A DNA stretch of 64,000 nt from Eledone cirrhosa (GCA_964016885.1 OZ024742.1:249488001-249552000), one strand, 5' to 3'. Positions 26,998-41,459 are shown, counted from the stretch's first letter. Made by a program: numbers and translations. Notes: generated by a model not told the origin, from the sequence alone.

Positions 26998-27262
26998 CAA
27001 GGAAAATTCAACTGATGAGGTACGTTTCCTTGGCTATGTCAAAATTTATGAAACACACTTTGTATTTTATCTGATGAAAGCGTACCAAAGTTGTTGGTAC
27101 GCTTGAAATATATATAATAGAATAAATATGGTTTTATAAATATAGTTTCCATTTATTTAATATCATTGAATATTTACTCCAGAATACTGTCGAGTGCTCT
27201 GAATTAGATATAAACATTTATATTTGTTGAATTTCCAACAAATTAAATATCCCTTCTACTTA
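26998..27262 (+). mobile_element. Pseudo-LTR, same family as 29389-29821
   Basis: Near-identical to 29560-29821; ends in (TA)n. Confidence 0.85.
27063..27124 (+). ncRNA. Canonical minimal type I hammerhead ribozyme
   Basis: tattttat-CTGATGA (27071)-aagcgtacca-aagttgt-tggtacgctt-GAAAT (27105)-atat-ATA-atagaata. All three stems are supported. Confidence 0.9.
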
Positions 27263-27339
27263 TATATATATGTATGTATGTATGTATATATACATAGACA
27301 TATATGTATCGCGCTCTCCGACATTTTTTAGATTTAAGC

Positions 27340-28490
27340 TCTACCTCATTTCATAGTACTTCTAGTCTTCTCCGCCTTTCTGAGCTTATTCTCACTCTTA
27401 ATGGTAGCCATGGGTAAAAGAATTAGCCTTAATTACGTCAACTTGTTCGTTGGCTACATTGAGGCCATTTTCACCCAGTACACTGATCCGACTCCTGAGC
27501 TCTAACGTCGTTACATCAACGATTGTATCGTCTCCAGCTCACTCACCCATGAACAGTTCGAATCCTTTCCTTCTTTTGTCCAGTCTTTTATTCTTGCCCT
27601 CAACTTCACCATCTATGACACCAACCTTTCTCTCCAATTCCCTGTTGCCACTCTTTCTATTAACACACTCTACCTCCATCTTCTATAAACCCAGTGATTC
27701 CCACACTTAACACCACTTCACCTCCTCCCATCCCACCTAGACGCACCAGGTCTGACCAGAGTCACATTTTCCGCACTGGGACCAGTTTCCTCGATGGACT
27801 AAACACTTTTCCCCAATTTCTTTAATCTTACACTCATACGCTCTTGTTTACCTCTCAACCCCTTACCACTGTCACCTTTATCCCATCCGTTTTCACACAC
27901 GAACACGTACATTCACCCCTTAGGTTCTTATAGCTGTGATATGGTGAGAAACAAACATTATTACAGCTTCTACAGACCAACAAATACGCACACACAACAC
28001 TATATTTACCTTCGCAGCTCTGTACACATAGATACACCCTTATTTATATATATACACACATACATACACACACCCATATATAGATACACATTTGCTCACA
28101 GCTTCGTACTTACAAACACACATATACACAATCTTTTACTTACATGTACACACGCATATACCTTTAGCTTCGTACGGACGTATAAAACATACACGCACGC
28201 GTGTGTATACGCATGCGCACAGGTAGAGCTCTATATACAAAACGTCTTTTTCCCTGAGCGAGGTCATTACCTTTTCAAACATTATACTATACACAAAACG
28301 CCAGCATAAACAATCTTCCAAGAGATGGCAACATGAATAGACCTGACATTTTCCCGTTTCCGCCCTACCTGTCTCCTGAATCTTTTTTCTTTTTAATTTT
28401 CTTATTCTATTTTCTGATGAAAGACTAGCGCCCGAAACGTTAAGACACTTTTCCTACTATATCAAGTGTAAAACTAAACTAATAATAAAT
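27340..28490 (+). pseudogene. Decayed Neptune-like PLE RT with 3' HHR remnant
   Basis: RLSELILTLN, VAMG, NYVNLFVGYIE, RRYINDC and SIFYKPSDSHT motifs at 27370-27740; CTGATGA-aagactagcgccc-GAAAC at 28414-28438. Confidence 0.75.
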
Positions 28491-28599
28491 TTCTTCATTG
28501 TATTGTGTCGTTTGATTTGTTATTTCTGTTTGCCTTTTGCATATACACACACAAATACATATATGTATATATAACTATCGATTTTTGTTTGCCAATTTT

Positions 28600-29290
28600 T
28601 TCCAAAGGGCCACGTGTTTAAATTCAATAATAAAATATATGCCAAAGAAGAGGGAGCGAACATCAGCGTCAGCGCCGCTGGTGATGTGGCCAATCTGTGT
28701 AGGAGATTCAAGGAACGCATAATTGAATACTCCATAGCGACATGTACTCTCGCTATTTTGACGATATCAACACAGTGGTTAAAACTACCCCACAAGAGAG
28801 TACCCATGGACCAGAACTAGAAACTAACACAATGGAGAGCATCTAGCAAATAGATAACTCCATCCACCAAGGCATCATATTAACAATAGACCACCCCACT
28901 AAGCGCCCCAACCATAGACTGCCCAGGAACGGTAAAACCAAATACTCCACTCACATTATAGCAAACCCATGGTCTCCAAGTATTTCATCCACCGGAACTC
29001 AACTATGTCAGATAGGACAAAGTTCGATATTTAGATAGTGGACGTCGTAAGAATGGTGAGAAATGTGTACCATATGTGCGATCAAACAGAATTCCACATG
29101 TAGCACTTCATGAAAGATTGAAATAATAAACAAAAAACAGGAGCTACCAGAAAATCCCAGTTGAGTAGGACATACCCTTTTAAGAATATTCCCTGTACTG
29201 ATAGACAATGTATAGTCTGTATGAAAAGCCCACAGATAAACTTGAAAACTTGAAATGTAGTCTATAAGACAACGACATACAGAGGAGAAA
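28600..29290 (+). pseudogene. Decayed PLE RT of a different clade
   Basis: FKFNNKIYAKEEGANISVSAAGDVANL (motif B-like), MYSRYFDDINT (motif C, about 28742-28775), HYSKPMVS, PCTDRQCIVC. Confidence 0.65.
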
Positions 29291-29296
29291 CATATT

Positions 29297-29388
<92 letters not shown>

Positions 29389-29390
<2 letters not shown>

Positions 29391-29821
29391 ATGATATTAA
29401 ATAAATGGAAACTATATATATAAAACCATATTTATTCTATTATATATATTTCAAGGGTACCAAAAACTTTAGTACGCTTTCATCAGATAAAATACAAAGT
29501 GTGTTTTATAAATTTTGACATAGCCAAGGAACATACCTTATCAGTTGAATTTTCCTTGGATAGTCAAATTCAACTGATAAGGTATGTTCCTTGGCTATGT
29601 CAAAATTTATAAACACACTTTGTATTTTATCTGATGAAAGCGTACCAAAGTGTTTGCTACCCTTGAAATTTATATAATAGAATAAATATGGTTTTACAAA
29701 TATAGTTTCCATTTATTTAATATCATTGAATACTTACTCCAGATACCAGTCGAGTGCTCTGAATCGGTTATAAACATATATATTTGTTGAATTTCCAACA
29801 AATTAAATATCCCTTCTGCTT
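29389..29821. mobile_element. Fold-back pseudo-LTR pair (~165 bp arms) with a hammerhead in each arm
   Basis: Palindrome 29389-29728. HHR on + at 29623-29684 (CTGATGA at 29631) and on - at about 29433-29495. Confidence 0.9.
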
Positions 29822-30171
29822 ATATATATATATATATATATATATATGGGGGGGGGGGGGTCTCGGTGTGTGTGTGTGTGCGTATGTTTGTGTGTCGTAT
29901 GTATGTATGTGTGTGTTAAAATAGTGTGATAAAAAAGTGGAGTAAGGAGGATAAGAAAGTATGGGAGTGTGGAGTTATTGTAGATTAGGGCGGGGTCACA
30001 TTCGGCTCTCTATAGAATCATGTGCGCGATTATACAAGACGTCATACAGGTTTAAAACTACAAGCGTCATACTTGAGTTACTGTAAGTGTAGCCGTCTGT
30101 GAATATCTCTCAACTTCTTGGTCTCCCACTCACTCTCTCCCTCTCTCTTACTCTTTCTCTCTCCCTCCCAC

Positions 30172-30272
<101 letters not shown>

Positions 30273-30503
30273 ATATAACTCCAACATAAATCTGCGGCTC
30301 AGTAGTTACCGATGATGTTGATCTCTTCATCATGTTGGGTTATAGCTACTGTCGCTCAGAGAGTGGGATTGGCTCAGTGCACAGTCTTTCCTCACTTAAA
30401 AAAAATCTTCACGCACAGGTATTGCACGATAGAATTAATTAATAATTATTAATAATGTTATATTGTGCAATAGCCATACTCGATAAGGAGGGGGGCAGCA
30501 TTC

Positions 30504-30577
<74 letters not shown>

Positions 30578-31989
30578 TTATTTAACATAAAAAAGAGCTT
30601 CTACATGATGAGCAATGTTTCAGGAGCCACCAAAACAACGAAAATACAATCAGGCTAAATAAATATATATATATATCCGTATGTAATTGGCGGCCGGGAG
30701 AGTAGAGTACTTAATACCGAATTAGAGTTTCAATATTCACTTTATCATGATCTGATGACCCTGTGAGAAATAGATCAAACTTCAGAGTATCAATTGCCAC
30801 TAATATATCGTGATTCATAATAGAGGCGTACATGAAAGCATATGTGATATGTTTAGCTATAATAAATATGTAAATATCTTGCTATGAATATCTTAATCTG
30901 TGAACCTATCACGGTTACCTCAGTATCCGTGTGAGAACCCTAGGCACTAGGGTTTCAGTATGTTTTATCCATAATCAGTGACGTAAGCTCCCTCGATATT
31001 AAGATATAAATATAGTGTACCCTAGGCATTCGCTGTCCTGGTTATTAGCGGAATTTTCATTAGAACCTAACTAATAATTCAACGTGGAAATCATCACATA
31101 TTCGCGGAATCGTAAAAAAATCTTCCTCAATTTTTTAATGGCTCGTTTCGTGGCAATATATATTTTTTCACGCTTTTTAACGCTAAATTATTAACAACAA
31201 TTACAGTAGTTGCCGGCCTATACTTTACGTTATGTTTTGATGTTTAAAGTTATTTTTATGAACCACATCCAATATTTGCGCTTTCTCACTCTTCACGGGT
31301 GCTCTAAGAACGTAACGCCGTGAATACCGCGAGGCAACTGTATAATATAGTTTATATACACTTTGCTTATACATACATATATATATACTTCTATTATATT
31401 AGTGTCACGCGCTATATGCGAAAGGTATATAAGCTGTAGCTTATTCCTGTCTCAGACCGAGTAAGAAAACAGTTTTCTTTGGTCCGATGTAATCATCAGC
31501 TCCAATTTTTTGATAAAGACAATAGGCAGCAATTTGTGAGACGGAGCACTTAGCTACTCTTTCTTTGGTTATTTAACCACAACCACCTAGGAGGTTTGTT
31601 CAATGACTCACGATTCTGTGTTGGCATGTATGATATATTTCATTAATAATTGTAATGATTTGTTTATAGAGCTTTCCTTACTTCCTCTTCTACACCCTCC
31701 TCACTCTTTCCTTTCCTCTTCCAGCTCCCCTCTTCCACCCTTTCCTCTTCCAGCTCCCCTCTTCCACCCTTTCCTCTTCCAACTCCCCTCTTCTACCCAT
31801 TTCTCTCCCTTATTCTTCCTCTTGTAGAGAAGAATGTCAGTGTTTTCTGGTAATCTATCCATGACACGAATAAATATTTGTCTTATATGTCGTTCCTCTC
31901 TTGCATTCTGTAGTTATTGAGACGTCGCTGTGTGGAGTTACCATGTTGTGTCTTCAAACTTAGCGCCTGGTTTCACAACTTATCATCCT

Positions 31990-32598
<609 letters not shown>

Positions 32599-32699
32599 CG
32601 TCTGTGTAGTGTATTTATATACTGGTGTACTCTGTATATGTGTGTATTTATGTGCGTGTGTGTATATACATATATTTTTTGGATCTTTAGTTGCTTCAA

Positions 32700-32892
32700 T
32701 CAACTGAACTGTTTGCTCGGGTAATTAACGTGTAAGTGGATGAGCATTCCACAGACACGTGAAACCTTTAGGTAGTTATCAGGGAGATTCAGCATGGCAT
32801 AATATATGAGAAGTCTGGCGCTTTGAATTATTAGTTACCACTCATTTCTGCCATACGAGTGGACTGAAGCAATGTAAAGTAAAATGTCACAC
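32700..32892 (-). mobile_element. Family-B SINE, 3' part
   Basis: gagtggactgaagcaatgtaaagtaaaatgtc and gggagattcagc resemble the reverse complements of 43680-43830 and 47340-47490. Confidence 0.6.
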
Positions 32893-33269
32893 GCAGTTAA
32901 CATATATCCCTTAACTAAGGTTGTTACCATTATCTTGCTCCCATTTCTTTTACCCCATCTCTATTTATATTTTTTTCTTTAGTACCCCCGCTCTCTTTCT
33001 TTCTCACACACGCCTCTTTTCTCTCATCCCCGCTCTTTAATTTTGTAAGTAAATACAATTGATTAAACATTAAAATCAGTTCAATTGATCAAATCAAATA
33101 ACTAGAATACTCATCGTCGAAACAGCGGAGGATCCATCAGCATTAGGAAGTAATAAATATTGTTTGAAGGAATACAATATTATTTTATGAGTGTCTAGAA
33201 ATAAAGAATATATAGGTAGAAAATAACTATTGTTACCACATAATATATATCTATGGATATAAAGTGCAT

Positions 33270-33714
33270 TACCGAATGTAAACCTGAGTTTTACGAATAT
33301 TAATAATAATATTCGATTCGTTTTACAATTATGCAAACAGCCTCCTAAAGCATGTGAGTAGAAGAACCTCGTCATTCTTGGTCTTGTGTTGGCATATAAA
33401 AAGAACGGCAGACACTAATGTTTCTGGTGATTATCTTTCATCAGTACCGTATACTGTTTACCTGCGAACTGTCAGAGCTAGTGAAAATATATGATATTTT
33501 CTGGAATATACAGTGACTGTTCGGCCTGATTTGCATATTAGCAGGCTGCTTAATCAGTTATATCTGCATATTAGCAGACCCACTGATCAGCCAGATTTGC
33601 ATATCAGCAGATAGGCCAGTCAGTTTCATGTATACGAGGGATTAATGGCCGGCTTTGCTATAGTCAAATAACTTTTCGAATATTATTAATATTCGAAAAC
33701 TCAGATTTACATTT

Positions 33715-33716
<2 letters not shown>
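33270..33716 (-). mobile_element. Short element with ~45 bp inverted ends and a hammerhead
   Basis: Inverted ends at 33272-33315 and 33674-33715. Minus-strand HHR acggta-CTGATGA-aagataatcacca-GAAAC-attagt-GTC-tgccgt at 33405-33450. Confidence 0.75.
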
Positions 33717-33803
<87 letters not shown>

Positions 33804-33804
33804 T

Positions 33805-33847
33805 TCTACAGGACTAGAACTGTTTCATTCTTTAGAAATCATCAGTA
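33805..33847 (-). ncRNA. Isolated hammerhead motif between (TA)n tracts
   Basis: CTGATGA-t-ttc-taaa-gaa-t-GAAAC-agttcta-GTC on the minus strand; 5' strand of stem I missing. Confidence 0.6.
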
Positions 33848-33860
33848 TATGTATATATAT

Positions 33861-34251
33861 GTAAACAGAAATAACAACACAATCGGTATAGTATATGGAA
33901 GGGATATATTAGGTTAACGCTTGATATAGCAAGAGGAGGGTTTTAACGTTTCAGACGCTAGCCCTTCATCAGAAGAAAGAATGAGAAATAAGATAGATTG
34001 AAGGGACGGGCGGGCTGGAATTGGAAAAAAAAATATATATATATGAATATGGATGCAGTAAAATCCTATTTAGACCATTACTCATCAGAGTACTTTATAC
34101 TTGGGGTAGAATGGTAATATGAAAGAGTCGTGTGCCTGGCCGCTGAGTTCTTGCCATTTAAACAGCTATCTCCAGACTGTTGAAACGGCAAGAGCTAACC
34201 TAATATATCCCTTCCATATACTGTACCGATTGTGTTGTTATTCCTGTTTAC
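33861..34251. mobile_element. Composite pseudo-LTR debris bounded by 56 bp inverted repeats
   Basis: 33861-33916 and 34196-34251 are inverted. Minus-strand CTGATGA-agggctagcgtct-GAAAC at 33948-33972; a piece of the 20215 family at 34075-34200. Confidence 0.7.
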
Positions 34252-34436
34252 TTTTTGTATAAATGCATATATATATATATATATATATATAAATATAAAA
34301 ATTCGGAGAGATAGCGGGAGAGAGGGAGAGAGAGAGAAGGGGGGGGGGGAGAATACATTGCTTTATAATTTTGGCCACGACTAGTGAATTCGTTAGAGTT
34401 CTGGTTTGTAACCGCACCATCTTATTTTGTTAATTT

Positions 34437-34513
<77 letters not shown>

Positions 34514-35119
34514 TTATATGTATATGTTTTTAAGTACCATGCATGTATATGTTTATATATGCATACGAAACAATATGAGGACAAATGATATAGGACTATC
34601 TGGAAACAATTATATTAGCACACATTTCCCTATTAAGTTGTTTTGTAGGAAAAGTTTATTCGTTAATCATTTATTTTTCAGTAATATGTTGATTGTTCCC
34701 AGTTATAAAATGCGACTGAGAATCAATGTTGTAAGCACATTATACGTCATGCATGTGATAGTAGCAGGGTTCTGAGTAACTGCCACACATTTCTACAAGC
34801 TGATAAGAAGATCAAAAAGAACCATCTAGAATTGAAGATCAAAGCCAATCACTCATATGGGGATAGCTTCCGATTAAAACATTGCTCAGAAAAATGTAGA
34901 AATGTTTAATAAAATCGAAGGACATCGATATAAAAACAAGCACGGACTGTAGCACAAGAGAGAGCAGGCATGTATGCGTTCTTGAGAAGTTTGTTTCAAG
35001 GAATTTAACCTGTCTTAACTTTATATCTTGGGTTTTGAATTAGATTCCAATACATCTTCTAATGTAGGCTTGTATCAAAGCCTTGTAACTAAAATAAGGT
35101 AGATGCAATCCGTTCGTAG

Positions 35120-36250
35120 TGGCAGAATCCTCAAACACTCCTTTCAGCGAGTTCTGTCAGAAGCAACCGTCTCTAATTGATCAAGCTTGGTCGCCAAGCG
35201 AGACCAGCCGAGCTCATAGATATTATCGAACCAACTTGCACGGGATCTACTCTTGGATCTCCTGCCGTTAGGTTTTGCCTCGTAAGATCTGTTCAGCGCA
35301 TATTCCTAAGGCATTCTATCTACATGCCCCTAATGCTGGAACTGTGCTCTCTGAATTCACACTATGTCCAGAAACGTTACTCCAAAGCCCCTTTCGATGG
35401 ACCCCATTCTATATATAAGATATTCTACATCATGGCTAAATGATGAGTTTGTTACTCTGGAGTTTTATTCGTGTACTCACACTATCATCAAATAGTCAAG
35501 TGTTGTTTGATAATCCTATGACCACACAAATGAAACTCAAATGAAACAAGACTGATCACTTAAACATAATAAAGATTACTGTTAAATTATACACATGTTT
35601 CTGCTTGGCGTTTCGTTTACACTCGAAGCTTTTGTACAGCCATTCTTCAATGATGCATTGAGGATTCCCCAAAATTCCTGAACTTTGGCCGGGTCTGATC
35701 TTTGGTAAGCATTAATACGCGGACGGCCTTTGGATTTGAAATGATGCATTCTGCGCGGGTGGAGTCGTAATTTCAAGTTGACAGGGTTGTGATCAGTGTC
35801 ACGATCTGCGCTATGAAAGCTTCTTTTGTTGAGCAGTTTGTTGAGATCTTGTTCCCTGGTGCCAGTGATTGGATCTGATTTGACGCCATGAAACTTTGTG
35901 CCTTGCCTTGTTTTGGAGAAAGGTGTTTGCTACTGCCAACTTGTGAAGGAAACAGTTCCAAAATTCTCTTACCATTCTAGTTCATTTTGCCAACTCCGTG
36001 ACGTGAGGCTTTTAGGTCCGCAGCCACCCTTGCGTCGAGATCTCCCAAGATGTAAAGACCTTTTTTGTCGGGCACATTTCTGATGATTGAATTAAAAACA
36101 TCATAGAATTGGTCCTTCTCATCTGTGCCTGAGTTTAGGGTTAGAAGGTAGGCACAAATAAAGTTGGTTGTGCCTGACCTTGTCGTCATCTTCATGATCG
36201 GTAACGTCGCAGTGTCTCTAGTAGGTGGTTCGCTGGCTGGTACAGAATTG
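35120..36250 (-). pseudogene. RTE-like LINE remnants (AP-endonuclease piece 35580-36250; RT C-terminal piece about 35120-35450)
   Basis: NFICAY.TL...DEKDQFYD...LYILGDLDARV...HGVGKMN is typical of RTE-clade APE domains; the downstream piece is very decayed. Confidence 0.75.
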
Positions 36251-36616
36251 TATATTGAACTGAGTATTAAAAATACTATAATAATATTATAATTATTCAC
36301 TCACAAATACATTTACCTATCTAACATTTTAGAGCGAAAACAAATTTTGTTTTTAATTTTCGGAAAAGCCGGCTGTAAAATCGCTCAGTATGCAAATTAG
36401 GCTAATCAGCCGATGTATACCTTTGAGTATATTATGCATTTCAGCAGTGACGAGAGAGTATATAGTCTTGATAAAGAGTAATAACTCCGAAACAATTGTC
36501 GACTATTTTCTCTCGCTGGAAACAGACATGGTGTTACGAGGCCGTTTCCTTTCAAACGAACTGACTATTAATAATATAATCATAATATTACTATTATTTA
36601 CTCACGAATACAATTA

Positions 36617-36676
<60 letters not shown>

Positions 36677-36915
36677 CATATGTAAATACTTTGTGTTCAT
36701 ACATACTGACATATATACGATGGGCGTATATATCAATGCAGTCATGCATAAATAATAAGTATTTACTATACACAGTCCAAGTTATGTATTGGTCAAATAC
36801 TAAAATATGATGCAATAGGTGAGAAATATCAATGACGTTAATTCGCTGTTCAAAATTGTTGACATTTTTTCTTTTGTGTAAATTTTAAATGCATATCTAT
36901 CTATCTATGTATATA

Positions 36916-37255
36916 TTATTCAAAATATTAACAAATGAAGATATTCACATAATCAAAATATATGCTTTATTGTATATATTTTGAAGGTACAGTGTTGTTT
37001 TTTCAGTGCGTCCTCGTCAGATAAAATATATGATTTGATATATGACATACCGCTACGGTCTTTATATTTCAATTCCTGTATTGGCAGTCAATACAGGAAT
37101 TGAAATGTTAAGACCGTAGCGGTATGTCATATATCAAATCATATATTTTATCTGACGAGGACGTACTGAAAAAACAATACAGTACCTTCAAAATATATAT
37201 AATAAAGCATATATTATGATGATGTGAATATCTTCATTTGTTAATATTTTGAATA
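36916..37255. mobile_element. Fold-back palindrome (~165 bp arms) with a hammerhead variant in each arm
   Basis: Centre at about 37085. tattttat-CTGACGA (37152)-ggacgtactg..cagtaccttc-AAAAT-atat-ATA-ataaag; related to the 27063 family. Confidence 0.88.
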
Positions 37256-37400
37256 AAATTAAAAACTACAGGAAATCTTTTTACTGTTGAGTGCTTTTAA
37301 TCTATTGTAAAACTGTATTCATTGAGTAATCAATGAACCATATTAATCTTTGTTCATATCTATCAATCTATCCATATATATATATATATATATATATATA

Positions 37401-37552
37401 ATTGCTTCTACTTTTGGCACAAGGCCAGCAATTATCCCAGTGCATTACTGGTACTTTATTTTATCGACCCCCGTAAGGATGAAAGGCAAAATTAACCTTA
37501 GTGAGATTTGAACTCAGTTCATAAAGGGCCGTAATTATATGCTGCAAAGCAT
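37401..37552 (-). mobile_element. Family-A SINE (5'-truncated)
   Basis: Reverse complement of the consensus. Confidence 0.88.
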
Positions 37553-37571
37553 ATATATATATATATCATTA

Positions 37572-37861
37572 TCTATAAAAGGCAGATTGTTGTTGTTGTG
37601 TGTGTGTGTGTGCATGTTCCATGTTTATATATTTGCACAATTTCAAACCGATCCGACTCAAAGTCTGTAAGAATGTTATAAATGGTCGAACTTTGTTCAC
37701 CGACTATTTATTTCATTCACACTCACCCACAATTACGGAAATAATCGATAAAACTAAATACATGACGCTTTACCCCTCTAATACCATCTGGTTACTTCTC
37801 TCTAGTCCCCTTCAAATTCGATAAAACTACATACATGCTTACAAACTTTCTTTAGGAACGC

Positions 37862-37920
<59 letters not shown>

Positions 37921-38782
37921 TTTGTTTTTGAGTGTGGAACGGTCAAACATTTATTTACTTCAATGACAAAGAGAACTTATTACAATTCATACGAAACAAT
38001 AATTATTCAAAAGCAACAGATAAATTTATTCAACAACAAAAAAAAATAGCGATAAATCTTTTTTAAAACCTCTAAACGAACGTGGAAGAAAGAAGTATCA
38101 GTTTATTTACTATACGCAATAATATCCTCTATGAGGTCACTAAACCTGCTAGAAACAACAGCTAAGTCTCCCCCATATCACACCCCTCCCTTCTGTCTTA
38201 AATTTAGAAAACATATCCTCTATGAGGTCACTAAACCTGCTAGAAATAGAAGCTAACTCTCCCCCATATCACACCACTCCCTACTGTCTTAAATTTAGAA
38301 AACATATCCTCTATGAGGTCAGTAAACCTGCTAGAAACAGAAGCTAACTCTCCCCCATATCACACCACACCCTACTGTCTTAAACTTAGAAAACATATCC
38401 TCTATGAGGTCACTAAACCTGCTAGAAACAGCAGCTAACTCTCCCCCATATCACACCACTCCCTACTGTCTTAAATTTAGAAAGCACACATGACAACCAT
38501 GCAGAACAACTCCATCGCAGCTCTGTTGTTCGGCTGGCATCGTCTACGCGCGTGTTGCGCAAGTACTGTGAAACAATAATTTTCAACACTTCTTTGCACA
38601 GAGAGAATATCCATAGGCGAAACTACAATTGTCACTGCTGGCGCAGCTCCTGCTTCGGCAGTCCAGGTCTGCACTTCATTCACCCAGTGCCTGGCAGACA
38701 AAAAAGTGCTGCCATAAAATGTGTGGTGCAACCTAACTTTGGTAACTTACTGACCCCGAGCAACGCCGGGCTTTAATGCTAG
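37572..38782 (+). mobile_element. Non-autonomous Helitron with internal 91-bp minisatellite
   Basis: A|TCtataaaaggcag at the 5' end; cccgagcaacgccggg hairpin then CTAG|T at 38779-38782. Confidence 0.78.
38122..38485 (+). repeat. 91-bp tandem repeat, 4 copies
   Basis: atatcctctatgagg at 38122, 38213, 38304 and 38395. Confidence 0.95.
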
Positions 38783-38800
38783 TATATATATATATATATA

Positions 38801-38837
<37 letters not shown>

Positions 38838-39724
38838 TGAGTCTGTATGATAGTTGATAAACAAGAGATGGATGCATGCGATAGTGCAAGCATGCGTAGA
38901 TTAATATTTAATGGAGAGTTATAGACTCTATGTCTGTAATTTGATTATCCTGGTTTCAAATACTGTCTAAGGGAAGATCTCCGCACAGACAATACTTCGA
39001 ATAATTAATTTGATTTATTTTCATCTGCACAAAAATCATTTATTGTTAAATATGTTACCGATACACACAAAGCTTCTACAACTCATCCGAAAAGGCTCAA
39101 AACACGTTTTCCAACATTTATCCCGGCACTTCACCAGCAGTTCTGCTATTTTATTCGCATCGTCTCGTTAGCTTCCAAGGGCAGGTTAAGCTCCAGCATG
39201 TTCAGATATTTTGTTGCCTCTGGTGTGATGAACATAATTGGTCGACAAAAAGTGGTACAATGTGCTGTAGAAATTCAGCTTATTGCCCAGATCGTCATGC
39301 ATCTACCAGTCATAATTTGTATGTAGGACACGTGTCCTTGTTATTGGTTGGAGACAGCGTTTCTCTCCGTCTATGTGAAAGGTGGTGGAAATCTTTGGGA
39401 TGTAGTGTAGTATACTCGTGACTGCTAATGGCAGAAACTACCCTAAGCACTTACGTTGTAAATTATCTCATAATTAGAATCTAAGTGATATGTATGAAAA
39501 CAATTTTTCTTTTATACAGTAATATATAAATCGGTACATATACATACATAAGTGTGGTTGGATGCATGTATATATATATGTGTACACTTGTGTATGTATA
39601 TGTATGTGTGTGAACATGTCTTTTCGTATGTCCGTTTGTGTGTATTCTTTGTCGTATGTAAGTACACACATGAACCCCACACACGCATATACATATATAT
39701 AAATACACACACACACGCACACAC

Positions 39725-39820
<96 letters not shown>

Positions 39821-41189
39821 TGTGCGTATGTGTATACAGATTTATTTGTATGCATGTGTGTACATGACTCAATATGTATGTATAAAGATATATTCCTACA
39901 CAAACCTGCTACATTTATGTTCCCATGCACGTTCACTTACTTCCTCATGTAGTGTTTACATATTTACCCGGATGTAACCACGTTGCTTTAACGCCTGTTT
40001 TGCCTCTATGCCTTTCAAATCTACATCAACCATCTTATGTGTGGGATTGAAAAGCAATAAAATACTTTCACTGACTTTCAATGAAAGACACTCATTCATT
40101 GAAATATAAAGACATTTTTTTTATATTTACACCATTAAATCTAAGATTTCAATCATAATTCTTCCTCTAGCGTTTTGCTAACAAATGTAGACTTTCAACT
40201 ACGGATTTTAGTCCGTCAAAATAGAGAGGAAATAATTGTGTTTTTATATGCGCCCATTAAGTATTTCTATTATATCTGATTTTCATAAAGTTTGGTCTGG
40301 AAACAAACACGATTGAATCTATCGGGAAGTGAGCAAATGAAAAGATAAAAATAAAAGGAAATATTTGTAGTTCTCTTAAGAAATTTAATATGAAACCGGA
40401 ACCATAGAGAAGTAAAATATATATAAAGACTAAATTATTTACACAGACTTTGAATTTGAAAAATAGCAATGTTGTGCAATTTTAATCTGAGGCTTTGAGA
40501 CATTTTGTGTCGTTAAGTTTAGCAAACAATTCTGTTTATCATATTCACTAAGAATCCTTCCTACAACTCTAGTTATGCTCCGTTGGTTTATAATAAAGTT
40601 TTAGTTTAGATTTCACGAAAGATTGTGGAAAATACTTAGCAGATAATGAGTGTCAACAATAATGGTTGAGGATGGAGTGTTTCATAGTCAGACAAATTAA
40701 GTAAATGCTTATCTTAATTGGTTACTGAGACCATAATGTATATATGCACACACACACACACACACACATACACACACACTTACATACACACACACACATA
40801 CACACATACACACACACACATTTATATATATATATATATATTTATATATATTTACTGCTTACAGCGACGAATTTCGAAATCTGCACGCACGTAACAACAC
40901 CCATGACGCACCTGGACTTGCCCCATTGTCCACCATCCCTGCATACTGGACTCCCCACCATTCTAAAAACTCTTTTCCAACCTCCGTTATTCTTTCCCCC
41001 TATCTATCTCTCTATTTACCTATCTTTTTCTCTCTCTCCGAAATTTTTTATTTCCTGAAACCCTAATTTACATCCTTCCAAGCATGAACCTAATAAGACT
41101 GTGTTATTGCATCTTTTAATTTGTCCTGGTTATATATATATATATACACAAAGTCTAATCTATGTCTTAAGCCAGAAGGCTCATCTTAT

Positions 41190-41398
41190 TGCCGCTGTTT
41201 ATCCCGGTTTCAAGGTCTGAAGCGACTGAGAGTACAGGATTAAACCCTCAGCTAATGCTAGTACACATTTTCAGCTGAGTATACTGGAGCAACGTGAAAT
41301 GAAGTGTTTTGCTCAAGAACACAACACGCAACCCAAGAATCGAGCCCACTACATTATGATCGTAAGTCCAGTACCCTTACCACTAGGCCACGTGCCTC
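41190..41398 (-). mobile_element. Family-B tRNA-derived SINE
   Basis: Minus strand: A-box tggcctagtgg, B-box-like ggctcgattc, then ttgagcaaaacacttcatttcacgttgctccag. Confidence 0.8.
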
Positions 41399-41459
41399 AA
41401 GAGAAGCTTGGATTAACGTTGAGTATATTCTTTGCTCTCATGGGTGGGGGTGGGGGGTC

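Noticed and set aside
38122-38485. Regular repeat resembling a CRISPR array
   Set aside because: Units are contiguous with no unique spacers, there are no cas genes and the context is eukaryotic.
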